Shown piece after piece: positions 8,755 to 17,363 of a stretch of DNA of 64,000 bases; the stretch's first letter is position 1; each line of letters begins with the position of its first letter. Under the pieces are notes generated by a model. That model was not told the DNA's origin and searched no databases. It was given only the letters and a program-made list of their open reading frames with translations. The stretch is taken from contig JBBTQI010000003.1 of assembly GCA_038078835.1 (NCBI GenBank), positions 2,196 to 66,195 on the forward strand, written 5' to 3'. This stretch comes from Patescibacteria group bacterium (GTDB lineage Bacteria > Patescibacteriota > UBA1384 > XYA2-FULL-43-10 > 1-14-0-10-43-13). The translations under genes and the position numbers were made by a program.

Positions 8755-11052
8755 CTATTTGGGCCATTCGGCAATCATGATGGACTCGACCAAATCAGGA
8801 GAGATCTCTCTTAACTCCTGCCAAACTGCCTCCGTCACAAAGGGCATAAAGGGATGAAGCATTATAAGGGTTTCGGATAGAACTTTGACGAGAGCTTTTT
8901 TAGTGTTTTTCTTGATCTGCTCATCGCTATGTTTATCAAAATATATCTTTGTCTCCTCGATATATATATCGGCGAACGTGTGCCAAAAATAGTCGTAGAG
9001 TTTCTCCCCAGCTAAAGAGAATTTGAAATCACTTAGTAACCGTGTTGTCTCTTTCTTAAGAGATTCGTGTTCGTTAAGCATTCTTTGATTTTCCACGGTA
9101 TGCTTTCCGCCTTCGATGAAATCTAAATCAGATAGTTTGTCAGTGCCAATTACACCCGTCTTGAGGTCGCCTTCTGAAACCCGAAGGATAACGTAGCGCG
9201 AAGCATTCCAGATCTTGTTGGCAAAGTTGCGCATACCGCGAATCTTTTCTTCGGAGATAATAACGTCGTTGCCGGCAGCAACACCGAAAACCAAAGCCAT
9301 TCGAACGGCATCGGTACCGTATTGTTCTGCTACGCCAAGGGGATTGATAACATTGCCTTTGGACTTGCTCATCTTCTGCCGATCCTTATCCCGAACCAAA
9401 CCATGTAGAAACACATGTTTAAACGGCACCTTGTCGGTGACATAGAGTCCTAGCATAATCATTCTGGCGACCCAGAAAAAGAGGATGTCCCAACCGGTCT
9501 CCATGACAGAGGTTGGATAGAACTTTTCAAAATCACTAGGCTTTGTTGTCTGGAGAGCGGCAAAGGGCCACTGACCGGAGGAGAACCAGGTGTCAAAAAC
9601 ATCAGGATCAGACACAAGATCAGCACAACCACAATCTGGACATTTTTCTGGTTTTTCCCCTTCTGTCACTATTGGTTTTCCACTAATTTTACTTATCCTA
9701 CCTGGAATTGTTCCCTCTTTTACTGCGGCTCCGTAAGTAATATCTGTAGCGACCTCGTTGCTACAATTTTGACAATACCACGCCGGAATTCTGATTCCCC
9801 AAACAATTTGGCGGGAGATATTCCAATCCCGAATGTTCTCCATCCAGTGAGTAAAGATCTTCTCAAAACGTTTGGTGACAAACTTGACTCTGCCGTCTTT
9901 TACGACTTTTAGAGCATCTTTGGCTAATATCTTGCCTGATTTGCCGGGCTTATTGACGGCAATAAACCACTGTTCGCGTGGCAGCGGCTCGATAACACTT
10001 TGGCACTTATAACAAACACCCACAGAATGGAGGTAGTTCTCATTTCTTTTTTCAACCAACTCATCCAACTCCTCCGCCACAAGAGCGCGAGCCTCGGCAG
10101 TTCTCTTGCCTGATAACCTTTCTATAATCTGGGGTTTTGCTTTGGCTTGTTCCAGATTGGCAAGACGCCCTCTATCATCAATAACCGCCAAAATCTCAAG
10201 GCCATGGCGCTGGCCGATTTCAAAGTCGGTCGGATCATGGGCCGGAGTAACCTTAACCGCCCCGGTGCCGAATTTCATATCAACGGCTTCGTCGGCAATG
10301 ACCGGAATATCGCGGTCTGTTAAGGGCAACGGCACACTCTTGCCAATCAAATCTTTATACCCCTCATCGTTCGGATTAACGGCGATAGCCACATCGCCAA
10401 ACATTGTCTCCGGTCTGGTTGTCGCCACGGTAATCGGGCCATATTTGATATAGTACAATGGATCTTGTCGCTCTTCGTATTTTACTTCAAGATCCGAGAG
10501 TGAGGTCTGGTGTTTCGGGCACCAGTTGACCAGCCTAAAAGCCCGATAAGCCAGGCCGTCGTCATAGAGCTTTTTAAAGGTCTCGTAAACGATCTTAATA
10601 ATGTCGGGGTCGAGGGTAAATTTCTCTCTCTGCCAGTCGCAACTGGCGCCTAGCTTTTTGAGCTGGGCTTCCATTGCCTTCTTGTTTTCCTGAGTGAAAT
10701 CCCACATCATTTGGTAGAGTTCGTCTCTTGGAATTTGGAATCGGCTCTTGCCCTCCTTCTCCAGCTTCTTTTCAAAAACAACCTGGGTTTCAAAGCCGGC
10801 GTGATCGGCGCCCGGCAGCCACAGAGCGGCTTTTCCTTTAAGTCTGGCATACCGGATCATAATATCTTCAAGGGTAACGAAAACGGCATGGCCGATATGA
10901 AGCGAACCGTTGGCATTGGGCGGCGGCATGATAATACTGAATGGTTCGCCCCCTGGATTTACCTCCGGCTTAAAATAGCCCGCTTTCTCCCAGCGTTGGT
11001 ATAGATTCTCCTCAAATTTTTCCGGCTGCCACGCCTTGTCGATCGTTTTCAT
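8755..11052 (-). CDS. valS: Valyl-tRNA synthetase (class I aaRS)
   Basis: HIGH motif PPPNANGSLHIGHA, WLPGADHAGFETQ, and KMSKSKGN. The N-terminus MKTIDKAWQPEK matches the ValRS start (rc ATG at 11050-11052). Confidence 0.85.
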   Translation of the reverse strand: MKTIDKAWQPEKFEENLYQRWEKAGYFKPEVNPGGEPFSIIMPPPNANGSLHIGHAVFVTLEDIMIRYARLKGKAALWLPGADHAGFETQVVFEKKLEKEGKSRFQIPRDELYQMMWDFTQENKKAMEAQLKKLGASCDWQREKFTLDPDIIKIVYETFKKLYDDGLAYRAFRLVNWCPKHQTSLSDLEVKYEERQDPLYYIKYGPITVATTRPETMFGDVAIAVNPNDEGYKDLIGKSVPLPLTDRDIPVIADEAVDMKFGTGAVKVTPAHDPTDFEIGQRHGLEILAVIDDRGRLANLEQAKAKPQIIERLSGKRTAEARALVAEELDELVEKRNENYLHSVGVCYKCQSVIEPLPREQWFIAVNKPGKSGKILAKDALKVVKDGRVKFVTKRFEKIFTHWMENIRDWNISRQIVWGIRIPAWYCQNCSNEVATDITYGAAVKEGTIPGRISKISGKPIVTEGEKPEKCPDCGCADLVSDPDVFDTWFSSGQWPFAALQTTKPSDFEKFYPTSVMETGWDILFFWVARMIMLGLYVTDKVPFKHVFLHGLVRDKDRQKMSKSKGNVINPLGVAEQYGTDAVRMALVFGVAAGNDVIISEEKIRGMRNFANKIWNASRYVILRVSEGDLKTGVIGTDKLSDLDFIEGGKHTVENQRMLNEHESLKKETTRLLSDFKFSLAGEKLYDYFWHTFADIYIEETKIYFDKHSDEQIKKNTKKALVKVLSETLIMLHPFMPFVTEAVWQELREISPDLVESIMIAEWPK

Positions 11053-11087
11053 AGTACTACCAAAATACCATAAATCCACTCGTGATT

Positions 11088-11540
11088 CTACCCTTCCAGC
11101 ATCTCGCTGATCTTGTCGCGGATCTCCTCCAATCGCTTCCTCTCGGCTAACAGTAATCGCTCATCAACCGAATAACCACGTAGTAACAAATTCTTCAGCG
11201 TCTTTGTTGCCCAGATCCGAAACAGAGTCGCTTTTTGGGAATTTACTCGATATCCGACAGACAAAATCGCGTCTAGATTGTAAAATTTAGTCTTATATTT
11301 CTTTCCGTCTTTGGCAGTACATTCCAAAATGGAATGAACTGATTTTTCTTCGAGTTCACTTGATTTAAAAACATTATGCAAGTGCTTTGCAATTGCTGGC
11401 TGATTTACGCCAAAAAGATCAGCCATTTGATTCTGGTTTAGCCAAAGAGTCTCATCCTTCAGGCGAGCCTCAATATAGACCTCACCCTTATAGACCTCAC
11501 CCTTCGGTGAAGTGTAAATGGCAATTTGATTCACTTCCAT
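11088..11540 (-). CDS. RhuM-family (virulence-associated DNA-binding) protein
   Basis: LWLNQNQMADLFGV...KYKTKFYNLDAILSVGYRVNSQKATLFRIWAT resembles the RhuM family consensus. Confidence 0.55.
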   Translation of the reverse strand: MEVNQIAIYTSPKGEVYKGEVYIEARLKDETLWLNQNQMADLFGVNQPAIAKHLHNVFKSSELEEKSVHSILECTAKDGKKYKTKFYNLDAILSVGYRVNSQKATLFRIWATKTLKNLLLRGYSVDERLLLAERKRLEEIRDKISEMLEG

Positions 11541-11549
11541 AGCACAATT

Positions 11550-13013
11550 TTAGCCCAACTCCCAGTTGGCGTCTACTTTAATCTTGCCCCAAGAAGAAAC
11601 ATTGTTTCGCAGAACGTGATAGTAGGCCGCCAGACCAATCATCGCCGCATTATCGCCGGTTAAAGCTATTGGCGGTACCAGAAAATCTACTTTCGACTTT
11701 TCACTTTCAACTTTCAACTTGCTTCGAAGGTGTTTGTTTGCAGCAACGCCGCCGGCCAAAACAACGGTTTTGGGGGTAAATTGTTCAACCGCTCTCATTG
11801 TTTTAGTTACCAGCACATCAACAACTGCATCCTCAAAGGCAGTGGCAATCTCCGCTTTATCGATATCATCAAGACCCTCACCCCTACCCTCTCCCAAAGG
11901 GCGAGGGAGTTTTAAGGAAATCCGACGCTTAACTTCCAGAAGAACAGCTGTCTTTAAACCGGAGAAAGAAAAATTAAAAGTGCCATTGTTAATAATCGGC
12001 CGAGGAAGAACTAATTTGCTTAAGGCTGGAGGCTTAAGGCCGACCTTCGACAAACTCAGGTCGCCCTGAGTGGAAATTGAATGGGCGGAGGCCACATCCT
12101 TCCCGCCTTCAGCCTTCGGCCTTGGGCCTTGGGCTGATTCGCCTTTAGGATCATTTCTAAATTGCTCCGCCAATTTAGAAATGATCGGTCCCCCGGGATA
12201 ACCAAGACTAAGCAACTTGGCCACCTTGTCAAAAGCCTCTCCCGCCGCGTCATCCAGGGTCTGGCCGAGAGTCTCATACTGATCGTGACCCTTCATCAGA
12301 ACAAGCGAAGTATGCCCGCCAGAAACCACTAAAGCCAAAATTGGAAATTTTGGCTCGTCCAAGGCCAAAGGCCCAAGGTCTAAGGTCTTTTCGTCTCGGC
12401 CTTCGACCTTCGACCTTCGACCTTCGACATTTACTCCGCTTAAAGCGGAGTAAATATGTCCTTCGATATGGTTGACGGGAATAATCGGCTTATCCAGCAC
12501 GTAAGCGATCGATTTGGCGGCGTTAAATCCAATCAAAAGAGACCCGATCAACCCCGGTCCCGCCGTTACCGCGATGTGGGTAATCTCATTTTTTAGATAA
12601 TCCTGACTTTCCTGAAAATTACTACCCTCACCCCAACCCTCTCCCTGAAAGGGAGAGGGAGTATTAAAGGTTCCATCGCCCCGTTTCACGGGGAGAGGGT
12701 TAGGGTGAGGGGTTATAATAGATCCGTTTCCTTTATTTTGCATTTTGCATTTTGCATTTTGATTTTTAGCCTGTAAGAGTGCTTGTACGATTACAGGCGT
12801 TATCGCTTCCATATGCGCCCGGCTGGCCACCTCCGGCACTACCCCGCCCGTCTTGGCATGGAGATCGATTTGAGAGCTCACCACATTCGACAAAATGACA
12901 GGCCGAAAGCCTGTCATCCCGGACTTGATCCGGGATCCATCTTTTCCTACCCCAATAACCGCCGCAGCGGTCTCATCACAAGACGACTCGATGGCAAGAA
13001 TTAGAGGGGACAT
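11550..13013 (-). CDS. tsaD: tRNA N6-adenosine threonylcarbamoyltransferase TsaD (Kae1/YgjD), strongly expanded by in-frame repeat insertions
   Basis: LILAIESSCDETAAAVI, HIEGHIYSA, and GGVAANKHLR. Start at the internal Met MSPLILAIESS (rc ATG at 13011-13013). About 487 aa versus a typical ~340 aa. It contains family-1 repeats (11875-11910, 12625-12712), family-2 repeats (12085-12135, 12352-12430) and a (cattttg)n microsatellite at 12738-12762. Confidence 0.85.
   Translation of the reverse strand: MSPLILAIESSCDETAAAVIGVGKDGSRIKSGMTGFRPVILSNVVSSQIDLHAKTGGVVPEVASRAHMEAITPVIVQALLQAKNQNAKCKMQNKGNGSIITPHPNPLPVKRGDGTFNTPSPFQGEGWGEGSNFQESQDYLKNEITHIAVTAGPGLIGSLLIGFNAAKSIAYVLDKPIIPVNHIEGHIYSALSGVNVEGRRSKVEGRDEKTLDLGPLALDEPKFPILALVVSGGHTSLVLMKGHDQYETLGQTLDDAAGEAFDKVAKLLSLGYPGGPIISKLAEQFRNDPKGESAQGPRPKAEGGKDVASAHSISTQGDLSLSKVGLKPPALSKLVLPRPIINNGTFNFSFSGLKTAVLLEVKRRISLKLPRPLGEGRGEGLDDIDKAEIATAFEDAVVDVLVTKTMRAVEQFTPKTVVLAGGVAANKHLRSKLKVESEKSKVDFLVPPIALTGDNAAMIGLAAYYHVLRNNVSSWGKIKVDANWELG
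12625..12712. repeat. REP-like palindromic element, family 1, composite nested palindrome inside tsaD
   Basis: ccctcaccccaaccctctccc-tgaaa-gggagaggg ... ggggagagggttagggtgaggg. The outer arms at 12625-12645 and 12692-12712 are reverse complements. Confidence 0.65.
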
Positions 13014-13032
13014 TAGAGGGGACGGTTCTCTT

Positions 13033-13683
13033 TTAGGCACAGTTTTTCGCTTTCTTTGATTTTCTGGCCACCTTTTCCTGTTCTCGGTATCTTTGATAAT
13101 TACTGCCCCAGATATTTTTACCATAAGTTTGCTCAATAATTTGGTCTACCACCAGTTTTTGATAGCTAATTTGTCTATCTTGTGCATCCTGTCCGATTGC
13201 CTCATAAAGAAAATCGGGGGTGATTAATAAATCTGTTTTACCTCGAACGTAATGGAGATAGCTTGAGTATTTGTAATCTTCCGGCCTTTCTACTAATCTC
13301 GCCCTGACCGGATTAAGTTCAATATACTTTCCGCACTGGATAAAGTAGGCGTCCTTACCGACCGCCTGACTTTTATAGCGATCTTGCCAAAAGTGGCCAA
13401 TCCAATCATAGGACTGCCGATAGTGTTGGAAATAGGCCAAATTTAACTTTTTCATAAAAGTCGAAAAGTCGAGAGCTTTCTTGGTTTGAATTAAAAAGTG
13501 AGTGTGGGTAGGCATCAAGCAATAATGATAAAGGTCAAAAGGATGTTCTGATTTATACCTGCCAATAAGTTCTAAAAAATACAAATAATCATCATCTGAC
13601 CTGAAAACCTTATTCCGGTTGTTGCCCCGGGTCATTATATGATAAAAACTCTGAGATAAAAGAAATCGTCGTGTTCTTGGCAT
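13033..13683 (-). CDS. REP-associated tyrosine transposase (RAYT, IS200/IS605 TnpA-like HUH enzyme)
   Basis: HUH motif CLMPTHTHFLIQ, plus WQDRYKS and YIELNPVRARLV with the catalytic Tyr region, 216 aa. A 12-bp direct repeat (cattagagggga x2) at 13001-13024 lies just downstream. Confidence 0.7.
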   Translation of the reverse strand: MPRTRRFLLSQSFYHIMTRGNNRNKVFRSDDDYLYFLELIGRYKSEHPFDLYHYCLMPTHTHFLIQTKKALDFSTFMKKLNLAYFQHYRQSYDWIGHFWQDRYKSQAVGKDAYFIQCGKYIELNPVRARLVERPEDYKYSSYLHYVRGKTDLLITPDFLYEAIGQDAQDRQISYQKLVVDQIIEQTYGKNIWGSNYQRYREQEKVARKSKKAKNCA

Positions 13684-13789
13684 AACGTAAGTTTACTAGA
13701 ATTCAGTAAAAAGCGAAATATCGAGATAAAAAGAGAACCGTCCCCTTAAGCTCTTAAGCTTATTAACAAAAATCCCTATAAAAATCAAA

Positions 13790-13820
13790 TGGAGCGGCCG
13801 ATCTTCGATCGGCCGCTCCA
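13790..13820 (-). terminator. Perfect GC-rich hairpin downstream of the GC-rich gene at 13857-14639
   Basis: ggagcggccgatc-ttc-gatcggccgctcc, a 13-bp stem, followed on the minus strand by an A/T-rich tract. Confidence 0.4.
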
Positions 13821-13856
13821 AGGGTCCAAGAGGGGGAACCCCAAGCACACAGCGCC

Positions 13857-14639
13857 CTAGGAAGCAAGGACTCCCAGAGGGCGAACCGCCGCGCGGCGCC
13901 AGCGGCCGTCGGCAAAGTTGTAGCTGACGCGCACGAGGCCGCCGTAGTTCGAATCGCCACCGACGAGGCGGTTCGACGCGTCCCCGAAGAACTCCTCGTA
14001 CCAGACCCACGTATCGGTCTGGCCGTCGTTCGCACGGGGGCACATGGCGGGGTATGCCTGCGGGACGATGTTCGCCTCGATAATGGTCTCGAGGCGCATC
14101 CGCTGAGCCGGGAGGCCGAGCAGCTCGGCGACCACCGAACGGAGGTGGTTGTCCCACTCCACGGGCGAGACACCGAAGCGGCTCTCCTGAGGGCCGTACT
14201 CGTACTTGACGAGCTTGCCATCTGCCCGAAGGCGGGCGATCAGCTTGCCCAGGAAGTTGGCGTCGTTTGCGAACATCTGCCGCCCGCCGTCGTACGACGG
14301 CTTGCAACGCGTGTCCACCAGGGCAACGATGCCCTCGAGGCCAACTTCGGTCATCGAAGCCAGCTCGCCGCTGGCGTTGCGCCGCTTGATGTTGCCGGCG
14401 CCGATCTGTTCCCAGAACCAGAACTCCGGCTTCTTCTTCCAGCCCTTGAGGCTGGTCTTAGCGGTAAGCACGAGCTTGGGCAGGAAGTGCACCTCGAGAC
14501 CGAGGGCATTCCAGGCCTTCACGCGCTCTTGGCCTGTGGCCTCGAGCACCTGGCGCATCAGCGCCAGGTTTTGTGTCTGGCCGAAGAATGCCTGGTGGCA
14601 TTTCTCTTCGGCGGCAATGATCTTGCCAATCCAATCCAT
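13857..14639 (-). CDS. Hypothetical protein on a second ~65% GC island (probable horizontal acquisition)
   Basis: Start at the internal Met MDWIGK (rc ATG at 14637-14639). GC-rich versus its flanks and free of repeats. Its C-terminal half shows faint similarity to the 5279-6208 protein (TFVVNEYG versus TWVWYEEFFG; ERIIEV versus ETIIEA). Confidence 0.5.
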   Translation of the reverse strand: MDWIGKIIAAEEKCHQAFFGQTQNLALMRQVLEATGQERVKAWNALGLEVHFLPKLVLTAKTSLKGWKKKPEFWFWEQIGAGNIKRRNASGELASMTEVGLEGIVALVDTRCKPSYDGGRQMFANDANFLGKLIARLRADGKLVKYEYGPQESRFGVSPVEWDNHLRSVVAELLGLPAQRMRLETIIEANIVPQAYPAMCPRANDGQTDTWVWYEEFFGDASNRLVGGDSNYGGLVRVSYNFADGRWRRAAVRPLGVLAS

Positions 14640-14774
14640 GGTCGTTCTCCTCTCTGAAACGTTGCGTTTATGATAGCGCGAACGCTTGCAGCGTACCACG
14701 AGTTGATAGTCTAAGACTATACACTATTTTCCTGTCACTGTCAATGTTTCTGGACTTGATATTTTCTGCTATCC

Positions 14775-15719
14775 TTGAAGTTAATGTCCACCTCTCTTTT
14801 CCAAACCCCCGAGTGGGGGGATTTTAAGTGCCAAACCGGCTGGAGCAAGCAGCATCGCCTTGACGGTATTTTGGTGCTGGAGAAAAAATTACCCCTTGGA
14901 CGGACGATGCTATATTCACCGATGATCAATGAGGCTCAAGGCCGGAGGCTCAAGGCCGGAGGCTTTTTGGAACAGATCAAAAACATCGCTCAAAAGCGCA
15001 ATGCCATATTTTACCGGGTGGAATTCGACACCCCGCTCCCAACCTTCGACCTTAAGCCTTCGACCTTCGGCGCCCGTCGGGCTTTCGAGGAGATGCAGCC
15101 GGAGCATACGCTGATTCTCGATATCACCCAGAGCGAGGAAGAGATTCTGGCTCAGATGAAACCAAAGGGGCGGTATAACATTAAAGTGGCCGAACGAAGC
15201 GGAATCGAGATAACGGAGTCAACTGATCCCAAGGGGCCGGAACTCGACAGCTTTTACACACTCTACGAGTCTATGGCCAAGCGGCAAAGAATTTCCTATC
15301 GAGATAAAAAATACTTCGAGGCTCTACTTGAAATCCTGGGCAAAAAGGATTATGCTCGACTGTACGATGCCTCTGTTAATATTGATGGCAAAACTACTAC
15401 CCTGGCATCAGCCATTGTCGGGAACTTTGATCGGCGGGTGACCTATCTCTTCGGCGGCTCAAGCAATGAACACCGTAATTTGATGGCGCCCTATCTCCTG
15501 CATTGGCAGATAATCAAAGATGCTAGAGCGCAGGGCTGCACTGAATACGACTTGTTCGGTATTGCCCCCAATGATGACCCCAAACATCCCTGGGCCGGCG
15601 TAACGCGGTTCAAAAAACAGTTCGGCGGCCGCGAGGTCCACCTGGCCGGAAACTGGGATCTGGTCTTTAGACCGGTTGAATATCAATCATTCAAGATAGT
15701 CGAGAAAATCCGAAGATAG
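14775..15719 (+). CDS. FemAB-family peptidoglycan interpeptide-bridge aminoacyltransferase
   Basis: FemAB-like architecture: LILDITQSEEEILAQMKPKGRYNIKVAER, then ...YLFGGSSNEHRNLMAPYLLHWQIIKDARAQGCTEYDLFGI. Carries two family-2 repeat insertions (14936-14966, 15041-15072). Confidence 0.8.
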   Translation: MKLMSTSLFQTPEWGDFKCQTGWSKQHRLDGILVLEKKLPLGRTMLYSPMINEAQGRRLKAGGFLEQIKNIAQKRNAIFYRVEFDTPLPTFDLKPSTFGARRAFEEMQPEHTLILDITQSEEEILAQMKPKGRYNIKVAERSGIEITESTDPKGPELDSFYTLYESMAKRQRISYRDKKYFEALLEILGKKDYARLYDASVNIDGKTTTLASAIVGNFDRRVTYLFGGSSNEHRNLMAPYLLHWQIIKDARAQGCTEYDLFGIAPNDDPKHPWAGVTRFKKQFGGREVHLAGNWDLVFRPVEYQSFKIVEKIRR

Positions 15720-16003
15720 CAAGCTATCTCTACTACGAAATTACAAATTCACCGAAGGTACAAATATTACCAGTGTTGCGTAATTAATTGGCGATTCCTC
15801 GAATTGTCATCTCGAATCCGCCAACCGGCGGATGAGAGATCTCCGATGTAGCAGCAAACCAATTCGAAGATTTCTCGCCTCCAAGGCCTCGAAATGACAG
15901 ATTGTGGGCATGATTGCGCAACATTGGTAAATATTACAAAACTACAAATTTGTAATTACGTAAGATTCGTAATTTTGTTCAATTTGTAATTTTGTAGGAG
16001 ACA

Positions 16004-17350
16004 ATGAGAAAAATATTGTCGAAGATATTATCTCAGTCAACCAAGAATAAATATCATAAAATCCAAGCCGATTGGGCGTCTTTTCGTTGTGGCAAGCCGA
16101 GCCGAAAAATTAAGGTTATCGGCGTCACCGGCACCAAGGGAAAAACCACAGTTTGCAATATGATCGCCTCTATCCTTGATGAGGCCGGCATCAGGAACGC
16201 GATGGAGACAACCATCAACACCAAAATCGGCGACCGGCTTATCTCGCACACAACAAAAGCGCGCTGGGTCACTACCCCGCCCGCCGCGGTCCTGCAGAGC
16301 TTTCTGCGCCAAGCGGCTCGGGAAAAGTGCCGCTACGCCATTCTGGAGGTTACCTCGCAAGCAATCGATCAATACCGAACTTGGGGCATTAACTTTGATC
16401 TTCTTGTCTACACCAATCTCTCTCACGATCACCTGGACTATCATAAAACCAAGGAGAATTACCTGGCCGCCAAACTAAAGGTTTTTCAGCAAAATCCCCA
16501 GGCGCGGTTTGTCATCAACGCGGATGACGCCTACTGGAATCGCTTTTACTCCCTATCCGCCGGCGACAAGCTCCTCTATTCAATCAAGCAATCAATCGAC
16601 CACGGCGCCGTCGCCCGCAAAATACTCCTTGGCGCCGCCACCGCCACCTTTACCGTTGCTTACGATAACGGGCAAAGCATCATTCACCTGAGCCTCCCCG
16701 GTATTTTTAATGTCCAGAATGCCCTCGCCGCCTTTTGTGTCGGCCGGGTCCTCCGGCTGGATCCGGAAAAGATAAAGGCGGGACTGGAACAGATCAAGCT
16801 GGTGCCGGGCCGGATGGAATCGATCCGCATCTCACCCAAGCAGAATTTTAGCGTTATCGTCGATTATGCTCACAATCCTGACTCCCTGAAGAATGTTTAT
16901 GAAGCCATCCGTGACGGTATAAAAAATACAGAGGGGAGACTCATCGCCGTTCTCGGCGCAACGGGGCGGCGGGATAAGACAAAGCGGCCGATTATGGGAG
17001 CGCTCGCCGGCGGCTATGCCGATCTTGTCGTCTTTACCAACGAGGATCCTTACGACGAAGATCCGGCGACCATTATGGAGGAGATGGCGGCCGGCATCCA
17101 TAGGGGCGGCCAGCGCAAGTATCAGTGGCACCTTAATCGAAACTACTGGAAGGTACTTGACCGAACCCAAGCAATTCATAAAGCGATCAAGGAAGCACGC
17201 AAAAATGACGTGGTGGTCATAACCGGTAAGGGCGCCGAGGAGGTTATGGCTGTGGGTCAAGATAAATTTGTCCCTTTCTCCGATCGGGCAGTGGTGCGGC
17301 AAGAACTCCTGATGCGCTTTCCAGTCACAAACGGACAACAAACCTCCTAA
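16004..17350 (+). CDS. murE: Mur ligase, MurE-like (UDP-MurNAc-L-Ala-D-Glu:diamino acid ligase)
   Basis: VIGVTGTKGKTTV P-loop, LEVTSQAIDQYR, NLSHDHLDYHKTKENY, VVDYAHNPDSL. Confidence 0.75.
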   Translation: MRKILSKILSQSTKNKYHKIQADWASFRCGKPSRKIKVIGVTGTKGKTTVCNMIASILDEAGIRNAMETTINTKIGDRLISHTTKARWVTTPPAAVLQSFLRQAAREKCRYAILEVTSQAIDQYRTWGINFDLLVYTNLSHDHLDYHKTKENYLAAKLKVFQQNPQARFVINADDAYWNRFYSLSAGDKLLYSIKQSIDHGAVARKILLGAATATFTVAYDNGQSIIHLSLPGIFNVQNALAAFCVGRVLRLDPEKIKAGLEQIKLVPGRMESIRISPKQNFSVIVDYAHNPDSLKNVYEAIRDGIKNTEGRLIAVLGATGRRDKTKRPIMGALAGGYADLVVFTNEDPYDEDPATIMEEMAAGIHRGGQRKYQWHLNRNYWKVLDRTQAIHKAIKEARKNDVVVITGKGAEEVMAVGQDKFVPFSDRAVVRQELLMRFPVTNGQQTS

Positions 17351-17363
17351 CAACGAACATCCC

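Noticed and set aside
11550-13013. In-frame extra segments in tsaD, mnmA, xerD and uppP considered as inteins or introns
   Set aside because: The segments are only 10-45 aa, lack intein blocks (no Cys/Ser...His-Asn splice-junction residues, no endonuclease domain) and are palindromic at the DNA level. They match a dispersed REP-like repeat instead.
13696-14307. 203-aa and 152-aa minus-strand ORFs (13696-14307, 13763-14221) rich in Arg/Pro/Ala
   Set aside because: These are alternative frames of the 65% GC island. High GC makes long stop-free frames by chance, and the Arg/Pro/Ala-rich composition is typical of out-of-frame GC-rich translation. The 13857-14639 frame has the more protein-like composition.
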